A stretch of DNA of 64,000 nucleotides, taken from positions 24,986,001 to 25,050,000 of the forward strand of contig CAIIXF020000001.1 in the NCBI GenBank assembly GCA_903813345.2, given 5' to 3'. The translations under genes were made by a program, and so were the position numbers. How positions within the stretch are numbered: position 1 is the first letter of the stretch; every line of letters starts with the position of its first letter. The notes beneath the pieces are model-generated. The model was not told the DNA's origin. It was given only the letters and a program-made list of their open reading frames with translations, and ran no database searches. The stretch comes from Owenia fusiformis. Its lineage: Eukaryota. Shown here one piece after another: positions 53,507-64,000 of this stretch.

Positions 53507-56500
53507 CTCAAAGTGAGTTTCTTCCCTTGCTTGTACCTCATACAGGTTGTTTGGTCTCAAGAGTACAAACGCTGCTTCACTAATCTGAATCTTTGAAGCT
53601 AAAAAAATTAGAATGTCATGATGGTAAACAACACTTTGTAAAATAATAGAATATTCTATTTCAATCAATTTTCATTAATTGCAATAGACTAGATGCGAGT
53701 AGATATAATCTTGATTTACGTCATTAAATATTCAAAATTCAGTCAAAATGATGTCATATTTGGAATCTAAGTACATCTGAAATATGGTTTCGAAATGATG
53801 TAAAGATTGCTTAATTTTATTCTTAAGACAACACGTATGGTAGAATTAGTGCTAGCTTTTCTGATTTTGTTTATTGGTTCGTTTGAACTTTAAACATTCA
53901 TTGATTTTAAATTCCGATGTACAGACACAATTTTATAATTCTCCTCTTTCTGACCATCTCATTTTAATTCTCGGCAAACACAAATACGTGACTGTGTAAA
54001 ATGCAGTTGAAAACTCAAATTGTGCTATGAATTCGTGCAAAAAGTATATTCATTAAAAATAACAATTTTAAATATCTGACTCGTACATAAGTTAAATACT
54101 ATATTTTATAAGTACCAAAAATCAATGTGCTACGATAAAATGCCATAATTTGGTACATTTTTTACGAAAACGGTTGGGCATAATTTATCTAAAATTATAT
54201 CAGATCAGCAAGTTTTTACTAGGGGACTAGTTTTACTAGGGTGGCTAAAGGTGCGATAGAAAGAAACTACGGTACCTATACCAGTGGACTCCATAAAAGA
54301 CGCAGTTGTGACGTTATCTCCAAACAAACAATAGCGAGGCATCTTGAAGCCTACCATTCCAGCAACACAGGCTCCTGCAAAAGTCATTAAAATAAGAGTT
54401 GAAACTTGAAATAACTTGAAAAAACGCTGGATTAGAGTGGTGCGCCAAAAGACAGGATTTTCTCTATAAGAACGAGGAGTTGGGGTAAAGCTAGCCGAAC
54501 ACATTGGACGTTGCCCGGCTTTGTCCGCTTGTCCGTTTTTTCCGAACTTGTCCGTCGTTGTTCGTCGGACAATGTTGCACGATGTCCAACCCAAACGCTC
54601 TTACATGCACGACGGAGCGTTTCATTCACGCGGAAACGCTGTAAAGCGTAATAAAATGGCGGCTAATGAAGATCCCACTATGACCGTAAGTAATTGTTTT
54701 ACTCGTTTCATGGTGACTTATTATGTGCCATTCGATGAACAATACCCTGAGCAAAGATTTTATTTATTCAACTTCTGGTGGTAAGCTGTTATTTGCTTCA
54801 TCAAAGCTCCGCAGTGTAGATCGAACGAATCTGAAGTTGACGAATTGACCACAAATTACGAATTAAAGGGGCAACAAGGCCTGTAGAAAGAAAAAAGGTC
54901 AATTTTCAGCCAGAAACCATCGGCCAGACAACTTTTATCTCCGAGATAAAAATTTCCCAGCGCCCGTACGTCTAAAAATCAGCTGTTGGTTCCCGATAAT
55001 CGTCCGACGCCCGGCCGATGCCTAAGCTTTCCGACCGATTTTGAACAAAACACTCATTGGAAATGGATGTGACCAATGCATTATATAGCCTATCGTAGGC
55101 TCTGAAAGCATGAAAATATTATAAGCATGAAGCTTGAAATATCATATCAAGCTGTTAACGGATCGTTTATTATGACAAATCAATTCCCATAGTCAAACAG
55201 GTCAGCTGAGTCAAAATGTAAACGTGCCTGAATGAAAACCACTCCTAAGTACAAGATGCCTGTCTACCATATGAGGCACAGCTATGTTAGCAACAGCGTC
55301 AACGAGGCTAAGTGCCATTGTAGCTATCTCCGTCACATGGTTGACTCCATTACATTCTGGTACTCCAGATGCCACCATAAATGATGCATCCCCTGGAAGT
55401 ATACAGTTTTCACAGAATTGTGATCACGTTACTTAGTCCACACAATGAATGCGGATAAACCTTCATTTGAAAGAGTTTTATTAAGTCTATCTGAAAAATG
55501 CCTCATTTGTATTTAAATGGAAACTGTATAATAGTGTTTTACTTTTCAATGATCCACCCTGTATGTTAGCGGGTGGCATACTATGCTGTTAAAACTGTAT
55601 CAAAATTGGACATCTTATATTTATGTGATATCTCTAACAAAAAATAAATTCCATACAGGTGCGCACCCGGGGTACAAGAGCTCATAATGATGAAATACAT
55701 TCGAGTGTGTCTTCTATTTACGTTATGTCACTCACCTATTGTTTCGACCTTATAAACATCGAACAACTCCATCTTTGAGTCCAATGTCTGGTGTAGTTTA
55801 TTCAGCATAACTATCACTTGGCGAGCTGTACTTTGAGCAGAAATATGTTTGAAACCAACAATACTACCAAAGTAAATCGTACAATGGTCGAAAATTTCAG
55901 GCTTGATGGGCTGGTGATTTTTCAATCTGTCAGCGACACTTCTTGGTAGCATTTGATACAACAGAAAGTCGGTTACTCTCCTCTCTGCACTTAGATCTTC
56001 TGTTTTCTCTTTTAAAATTGAGGCGACGTTTTGAATGTCAACAGTCATTTTGTGAATAAAGAACAAAACAGTCGGACACAGAATGCAAATTCCGATGAGA
56101 ATGAGAACCTGGACGACTATTGTAGTGATAGAGTCTTTCGCTTCCTTCTCTAAAGTTAACACTATCTCGTGTGCAAGATCGTCTTGTATTATACCAAGAA
56201 CATTTATCAACTCGGTCATATTTTGGAACCAATATGTTCCCATCTGTACATGCGGTCCAGTAATATTGTTTAAAGTTATGTCTATTCTCATTGATGCTAT
56301 TTCCCTAGCAAATTTCATTTTCATAAATTGCTGCTCAAATCGAGAGGCAACGAGGGGATAATATTCTGTGCAAGTTTTGTAATATGTCGCGGCCATCTGT
56401 TTCTTTTTCTCGTACGAAAGAAGTCGTTCCTTGTCAAACCCACCTAAAAACGAAAATGTAATGAATAGTTCAGTACAAGTTATCATGTGTAAACCAGAAA

Positions 56501-59500
56501 TCCACAGGAGGTTTTGGATATGTGGTTTATCCAGAGGGATATATGCATATCTACCCGAGGGACAGTAGGGACCGATGTGCATCTCACGAGGGATAAACCC
56601 CATATCCAAACCGACCGTACATAACTGATTTATCCTATACCCAGTAGTTTTCTAATTTTTTATTTTTTTTCATTTTTGTGAAATTATTTTTCAATTTTTT
56701 TCAAAGCGGGAAGATATGCCCTGGGGCAGGAGATATGGCGGGAGATATGGAGGTTCGGGATATGGAAACCTCAAAATCAGGATACGGGATATATCTTACC
56801 AAATTATCTCCCTAAACTCTACTTGGCATAGGATAAGTAGCGAAGCGATATCTATCAGAACAGAATATATTATTATCATTACATCTCGACACCCTCAAAC
56901 CAAACCAATGCACCCGCGCCTGTTTCACATTGACTTTCACTCAATCATCCGGCAGTCGCCTCCTGGTTTGCTAAATTCAATGCCCCGTGTGGGAATCGAA
57001 CCTAAGACCATTGGTTCCAAAGTCTGTTGCTCTACCTACCGATTTATGAAGGCTTAATCAAATTGCTATCATAGGATGCGACACATTGTTACACTATATG
57101 ACACGAACAAAGTTACTGAGCATCCAGTTTTGACACTACAATCGTGTTGGTGGAGTTACATATATTTCAGTCAAATTCATGCTAAGCATAGTTTTACGGT
57201 TTCGATTTTATGATCTCTATACATGACCCTGATGATGAACAGTCAGAATCAATCGAAAAATCTGAACCGTAAAACTGTGCTCAATGTGAATGTTAAAAAT
57301 GAACTTTGCCTGATATTTCTTCCATCAAATGGCAGCCATCTTATTTTTTTGAAAACATTCTGTAAAAACAAGATCCCTTATTCGATGTGAAGATTATATT
57401 TTATATAATATATAATTGTTTTTGTGAACACTTTTTGTTTTTTGTGCAATTGAGAAAGAAATGAACCTTGTTGAAACTCAATACCATAGTCATACAAAGG
57501 AAAATGAGGTTTATATCAAAAACAGTACAGTATCCAAAAAATTAAATTAAAAAACAAAAAAAAGATAAAAATTAAATTATACCTTTCATTTCATGAATAA
57601 GATACTTATTTGTACAATTACAATATTGAGAGACCTAAACATGTATACCAGTGCCCTTGGCACGTCCGTCCGTCAATAGCTCAGCGCGGTAGTGCACTCG
57701 TCCGGAAAGCGAGGGGTCGTGGGTTCTATCCCGACAGAGGAAGAACTGACTTTTTCATATCAGTCCTTAGCGTAATAGTTCATACTATACTGTGTTTTCA
57801 TTAGTACTAATTAATAGAAAAATACCGTGAGGAAAGTTCGGCAGCTCTTCATTTGCAGATCAAATTTAATATATTAGTCTAGAATTGGTATGTTGAAAAT
57901 AAAATGACATCTTACATTTTGGCGAGCACCTTAACCATGGTTATCAAATGAAAGGAAATGGGTTCCTTTTTTGATACTGAGATTTGCCAAGATGAAAAAG
58001 GTGTCGAAGTGAGTTTTTGGGTAAAAAATGTGTTTTTTTGCAAAAAGAAATTTCCAATTGATAAAAAAAATATTTTTGAAAATTTATAATATAAAAACAG
58101 TCTTGTTGACCCTCAAAAGTCGAAATATACCATGTTTAATAAACTTGGGGGGATTTTGGGAGCTTAATAGTTTTTTCTTTGTGATTTGCATGCAATATCG
58201 ACTAAAACAAGTGTATGTTCAAAATATGATGACACCGTTAACATTTTTGACGAGCAGCTTAACCATGGTTAATAATTGAAAGGTAAATGATTCTTTTATT
58301 GATACTGAGATTTGCCAAGATGGAATATGTGTCAAAATGAGCTTTTGGGTAAAAACTGTGTTTTTGCAACAAATTTAAATTGATAAATAATATTTTTGAA
58401 AGTTTATTATATAAAATACAGTCTAGTTGACTCTCAAAAGACGACATATACCATGTTTAATCAATTTGGGGGGATTTTGGGAGCTAAATAGTTTTTTCTT
58501 TGTGATTTCCATGCAATATCAATTAAAACGAGTGTGTTCAAAATATGATCGTTACCATATTTTGACAAGCAGCTTAACAATGGGCATGTTGCTCATATTG
58601 CATGTGAAGTATTAAAGATCTCAATGGATGCAATCATTTTCATTGGAATCGACATAGAAGTATTCTGGCACTTACAATGACTAAGGTGTGCAAGCAACAT
58701 TTATCATTTCGGGTAAAGGCCAAACATTCATCATAGGGAACGACAAACGGCATTCAAAATATAATATCATGAAAAAACACGCAGCGTGAACAATGAGGGA
58801 ATAAGAAACATCATTCAAAGTTGTATGGTTATGTGTCAGTCATGGAAATAAAAAAGAAAGCACAGCATGTTGAATAGAAATGTAAAGCATTGCTATTCCC
58901 ACAAAGTCTTAAGATGATCATATGTGAAACTGAGAATGAAATATATTGTTTCTTGGTTTTGCAAAGACTCATTCGTTGCTGTAATTTAAATATAAACATA
59001 AAAATACGAATACAACTAACTTTTGATTGTACTTTTATATTTCACATAATTTTGAAGTCATTTTGTATCCTCCAACACATGCTTAATTAAGTTTTACAAA
59101 GACAATTCAAATAATTCAAAGATTAAATAATGATGATCTAAACACTTTTATTAAGTACTTTCATTTCTCAAAATAATAATCTAAAAATATTTTTTCCCAA
59201 AGATGATATTTTAATGTTTGGAGGATACAAAATATTGGACAGCCTAATCTAGACAACTTGAATTCACGACAGAAATACCTACACTCAATCATATATCTCC
59301 ATTGTCTGCAATCGAAGATATTTTATCAAAATGTACCTTCTGGCATAGCTTTCACCAAAATAATGAATCAATAGTGTATATTAATATGTCCGATGTGTTG
59401 GAGGATACAAATATTTGACAAATCGTATACATATAGTAAAACATACTTAATTATGTGACTAAGACATATCAAACATCCCGCTTTCAAGAGTTAGTAGCAC

Positions 59501-61830
59501 ATACATTTTATTAACATGCTCAAAAATGTCAACGCAATCGATACATTTTAGGTTAAGAAATCCGAGTTTATATTTGCCGAAAGAATAAAATATTTCTTAA
59601 TTGTCAAAAATTCCATCATTAAAGTGATATTTTAAAAAAAGATAAGCAATGTTCCAAACAAGTACCTTGTGGTAATGATTGCTTAAAGTCTGGTCAACAA
59701 AAAATAACACATTGCATGTCCATAAAATCAACATATATGTCGCAGTCTCTAGTACAACACCAGATTTTTAAAATATCAATTATCGTAAATTGTCCCATGT
59801 GTACTTTTTGGAATCTTTATGCAGCCGTCTTTATGTTTATAGTCACATGTTATTTCCAGGAATACATAACTCATTTAATAAATGATGTACATCTTTCGCA
59901 TTTGCACAAATAGTGCACCGAGATACCCAGAAAAGAAATAATATTCCATATGCCTTCAATTGCAACAGTTGTTCCTGGCACAATCATGAGTATGTTATTA
60001 ACTTGCACAAGGATCTTGGAGTTGCACTTTTAGCTAGAATGCATTGTATCATCATGTAAGCAAGATGCTGATTGGTTCATAATTCACGGCGCTAAAATGA
60101 ACTCGACGGGCGTATAAGATGTTTTTCAACGGGTGTTAGATAATGTCTTGACACCCGCTATTGAACATTTTAACGCCGTTTAGTTTATGCCTGTATTTGT
60201 TTTAACGCGTATAGAATTCACTTCTTAACGGGCGTAATTAACGCCTTCATGGGCGTAATTAACGCCTACACAGGCGTAATTTACGCCTACACTGGCGTAA
60301 ATTACGTCTGCACGGGCGTAATTTCACGTCTACACACCCGTAAACAACACGTGCATACATAGGGTAGGATGGCAAACCATACTATTCTGGTATTTATGTG
60401 GTGATCAACACTGGTTGTATTGATTGAACTAGTTAAGAAATAAGAAATGATTATTTAATCGTCTAATTAGTGCCTTTCGACACCACGTTCACTTTGGCAA
60501 ATCTCACAAATCGTTTGTAAGGTATGAGGGATTATTTTGAAACAAGTCTCTTGGGTGCTCGCCAAAATGTAAGAACTTTTTCTTTCCAGTAGAGGCTTTT
60601 ATTTGGTAAAATGCTAGACTATATAGTGATAATTATATACTTATATAAATAATGATACTTGTATAACCATATCTGCCCAGTCGGAGTAATAATCACTGGT
60701 GATCCACTCGATTACGTTGGTTATCGAAACGAACGTTTCGGTAACAGAATGTCGGAACATCGAAGCTACGATTTTTCTTTTTTCCTTATATCACACCTTG
60801 TAGGCAGAATTCTCACGGTATTTCGAAAAACAGCTAAGATCTGCACTTTTTACCCAAACCGTTTCTGTAACTTAAGTAAGGAATTGTATCGACGATTCTG
60901 TTGTCTTCTGAGCTCTTCTTTCGCAAACATGTACATTTTTTAAAACATATGATACTGTGTGAAAAAACGTCGTGGGGATACTGCCTACAACGCGTGAAAT
61001 AGGGAAGAAAGAAAAATCGTACCTTCGACGTTCCGACATTTTGTTACCGAAACGATCCGTAATCGAGCAGATCACCAGTGAATAATAAGACTATCATATT
61101 CACCAGCTGCAAAATAGGAAGATCCCAAAGCCCTCTCCACTCCAGTTTGTTCTTTGCTTAACACCAACATATGGTAGGCAACCAGCGTTTTCCAAATCGG
61201 CGCATCATTTGTCGCGTTCACACTTATCCCGACCCACTTCAGCAATTCATCGATGATTTTGGAATAAAATACGATGATGTCTGAAATGGTGACGTTCTTG
61301 TCGATTGTTACTCGTATTCTAAAGCCTTGAATATACGACTGCAGAGCTTTCACGTTTTTAAAATGATCCGTTGAAGATGACGATAACCAGGATTCTCCGC
61401 TTAGGTGGTGATCCAAGCCGGTATCAGTTTGTCGATAGGTTGACATTAGTTCCTTGGACAGAGAGGCATCATTGTTAGAGCTGAGGAAGAAAACCGAAAT
61501 CCCTCGCTCAAGTTGCAACAGATGGACGATCTGGCCAGTTTTTGTTGAGAACACGACATTACCACGAACGCTATCTTTGTTAGCTTTATCATTAAATCTA
61601 TCATGCAGAATGACAAACGTTTGAGAGGCCAATATAATGACAGGCAGGACTGCCAGAAGCATCATACGAACGACTTGTATAGTTTTCCCCCTCTTGGTAA
61701 TCGGGTCACTTGGCACCCCGCAACACATCGTCTCACTCAGTCTTCTGGATCGTCTCCATTCAGAAATTGCTTTAGTACCATCTTGAAATATATCGGTCAT
61801 CGGAACAATTTGCCGTGCGTTCTTATTCAT
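53507..61830 (-). CDS. Second NIT-domain, two-TM guanylate-cyclase-like protein (NIT-GC-B); terminal exon not found
   Basis: Exons 61830-61104, 56443-55736, 55392-55228, 54374-54276 and 53598-53507 are in phase (597 codons). NIT motifs LLQLERG and [36 protein letters not shown]. The 99- and 92-nt exons match NIT-GC-A in size. Confidence 0.88.
56981..57053 (-). pseudogene. tRNA-derived sequence (pseudo-tRNA or SINE head)
   Basis: Reverse strand reads GCCTTCATAAATCGGTAGGTAGAGCAACAGACTTTGGAACCAATGGTCTTAGGTTCGATTCCCACACGGGGCA. It has a B box (GGTTCGATTCC), but the stems pair poorly. Confidence 0.6.
57670..57741 (+). pseudogene. tRNA-derived sequence (pseudo-tRNA or SINE head)
   Basis: A box TAGCTCAGCGCGG, anticodon-like stem CTCGT/GCGAG, degenerate B box GGTTCTATCCC; the acceptor stem is imperfect. 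Confidence 0.6.
57915..58582. repeat. Tandem duplication of about 325 bp (two copies plus the start of a third)
   Basis: TTTTG.C.AGCA.CTTAAC at about 57917, 58245 and 58560; both copies share TTGGGGGGATTTTGGGAGCT blocks. Confidence 0.85.
60229..60340. repeat. Short tandem repeat of about 21 bp (GGGCGTAATTAACGCC..)
   Basis: Five degenerate copies are visible. Confidence 0.75.
60694..61080. mobile_element. MITE with CACTGGTGATC TIRs and a 3-bp TSD (AAT), CMC-like
   Basis: AAT|CACTGGTGATCCACTCGATTACG ... CGTAATCGAGCAGATCACCAGTG|AAT. Confidence 0.88.
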
Positions 61831-63217
61831 ATCAACACCTCACACATTGAGCTTTGCAAATCTGTTATTAATGCCTCCTGGTAGGAGAATGTCATTTATA
61901 TGATTATGCAAAGGCAATAACATTATGTAATACTTTTGTAATTTCATATCACTTCGCTGAGTCATACACTTGCAGTCACCCTATGTATACAGAGCGAGTG
62001 AAATTACAAGGTTACGGGGGTGGGAGTATCACCGCGACAAGGTGGTCTAATAAACACGACTTATAGAATACTGCAGGGCTAGGTAGAAACGTTTTCTGTA
62101 ACCCGAACGATCAAATGGAGTAAGGGGTTCGAAAGCTTTTGTGCCAAGTCCTTAGAAGGTATTTATTACTCGATATAATACCTGATCTGAGGAAAACTCA
62201 CCAACATTTTTTTTAATTATAACCATACCAAATCCAATAGTGTATAGTAAGCTTAGTGCATATACAGTGGCCATATGGCAAAACCAGGCAAAACAGCCCA
62301 ATTAACGCCATCATACTAGTCAAGATTTCTTATCTCGAGTTATGTCTAAGCTACATTTTGACACTAAAGTCAATAGGGTTCAAACATCTACTTTTTGAAA
62401 TAATTGGTCAATTGTGACACTACCCCCCCCCCTCTCCATCTCTCTCTCTCTCTACTTTTTTTATTCAGCGGAAGTATTTAGGTGTACGGTGTCACTATTA
62501 ACTGATTTGAAGCGAAAACTATGATGTAGGTTTGATGTAGGTTTTCAATGAATTAATTTGAGGAATACATAAAGTAATTCATGTTTGATTTCGTACATGT
62601 ATTCAATTTGGAGGACATTTACCTTTCTAATTTCGATTTTTTTCGTTGTTAATCTACCCATGTAATTGGTCGGTTGGAAAATTGTGTTTTTTACACATTT
62701 CCTTTGATCGTTTTCACCCCTGTCGTCTAAGAGTGCCGAATATTTTTTATGAGAATATGTTTTTCTAGACTACACAATTTAACACGGTTGAAGGTTTAAT
62801 AAATATTCATGAATTTGGTATAGTTTAAGAAAATGAAAAATGTACGTTGTCATCTCCAATGTACGTTGTCCCGGTACTTGAAATGCATGAGATATAATAT
62901 TAAACAATGCAATGATTTAATTTCAAAACGCATTAAGGGTTTTATGAGTAACAAGTGATGTTCAACGAACATGTTCATGTATCCCTGGTACAGATTAACA
63001 GGTAAAAGTGATTTTTTTACCCCTTGTTGAATGCTATTTCATTTTATGAAAGTGTTAATATGGTGATTAATATTTGATCTGACCATAGGGTGTTATCTTC
63101 CAACCTCTTTGACCATTCGGCGTCGGTACGTTACGTTATGTTATGTTGCACTTTATGAATTTTAATAATCTTAAGGAGATCTATACGAGCTAATCGAAGA
63201 TGACTTTCAAAATCCAG

Positions 63218-64000
63218 TTTTTTTTTAATAATCATTTATTTCAAATATATACTATACATACAATAATACAATAATAACGTTTGACTAGGTTACAAGTAAC
63301 ATTATTGTCAAACTAAAAACCTTAATGTAGTTACATTCATAAATTTTTACTTTACAAAGAAAGATTCATTATTTTATTTAAAATGGTCAAGTTGTGTGCT
63401 TAATGTGTAGAGTTTGGTTACGGGTCCAGTAGGTCTTTGGTGGATTGCAAAAATGATACACTTGCTTTGATTATTAAAATATTAGTATTATCATCAAAAT
63501 CAGGGTGACCAAATAAAAGCATGTCTATTTTATCAGAAGAATTACAATCTAAAAATGCACTTAAGCAATCCGCCATATGGAGATCTCTAAGGAGTTGACA
63601 TCTTGGGTTCGTGTATAGAGGGCATTGTAGAAAAAAGTGTTTTGGTGTTTCAGAGCGATGACCACAGGCACATTCTGGTGAAGGCACGTTGTTAAAATTA
63701 TGTGCAAAAAGCTGGCTTTTCAAATAAAGATCTACTCTGAGTCTATTAAATGAAACTTCATTTTTCCTTTTAACATTACTATAAGTTATGAAATTTGTAC
63801 CATTGAAATTTTCAAAATGTGCCTTGATCCTGCGTTTAAAAATTGAAATTCGCTCACAATTTCTTATATCATCAGGTAAAGTATTCCAAGTTTCAATTGC
63901 TGCATAGAAAGTAGATTTCTCAAACCTTTTACTTATATCTAAAGGAATATTGTATTCTCTGAAAGCTCTTAGAGTTCGAGTTGGAATATTTCTGCAACCA
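63218..64000 (-). mobile_element. 3' end of a non-LTR retrotransposon (LINE, CR1/L2-group-like ORF2 C-terminus)
   Basis: ORF tail ..PSPECACGHRSETPKHFFLQCPLY.. (CxC..E...H....C motif typical downstream of LINE RT), preceded by FFYAAIETWNTLP-like sequence. AATAAA and a short A tract lie at about 63218-63242 on the minus strand. Confidence 0.8.

Noticed and set aside
56444-56609. N-terminal part of the 293-aa ORF (MDMGFIP...)
   Set aside because: Intronic, repeat-derived sequence upstream of the acceptor at 56444.
57195-57275. Possible hammerhead ribozyme (CTGATGA...CGAAA within an inverted repeat)
   Set aside because: Stem I does not pair and stem II lacks the closing purine-pyrimidine pair. 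At best it is a degenerate relic; a covariance-model search would settle it.
56981-57741. Functional tRNA genes
   Set aside because: Acceptor and other stems are mismatched and one B box is degenerate, so they are called tRNA-derived only.

Overview
AT-rich, intron-containing animal genomic DNA, probably a marine invertebrate; the species cannot be determined from this sequence alone. I reconstructed five protein-coding genes by hand from splice sites and reading phase. (1) The first exon of a PCTP/STARD2-like gene (-). (2) An 11-exon secreted PA-domain/PNGase F-type peptide:N-glycanase (+, about 744 aa), head-to-head with gene 1 across a 123-bp gap. (3) A two-TM NIT-domain guanylate-cyclase-like gene (NIT-GC-A, -, about 629 aa). 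(4) A secreted serpin with a GPI-signal-like tail, whose large coding exon is interrupted by a 3.4-kb CAC..GTG transposon with a 3-bp TSD. (5) A second NIT-GC (NIT-GC-B, -). Both cyclase domains lack canonical catalytic residues. The most unusual non-coding structure is a 6.5-kb element without long ORFs in the last intron of NIT-GC-A. It has split direct repeats (A1...B1A2...B2) that are identical by eye and share an 8-nt junction core, the architecture of tyrosine-recombinase (PAT/Ngaro/DIRS-type) retroelements. The rest is dense with MITEs (Tc1/mariner, Kolobok-like, CMC-like, Transib-like), minisatellites, tRNA-derived fragments and the 3' end of a LINE. All comparisons were made by eye; no database searches were run.
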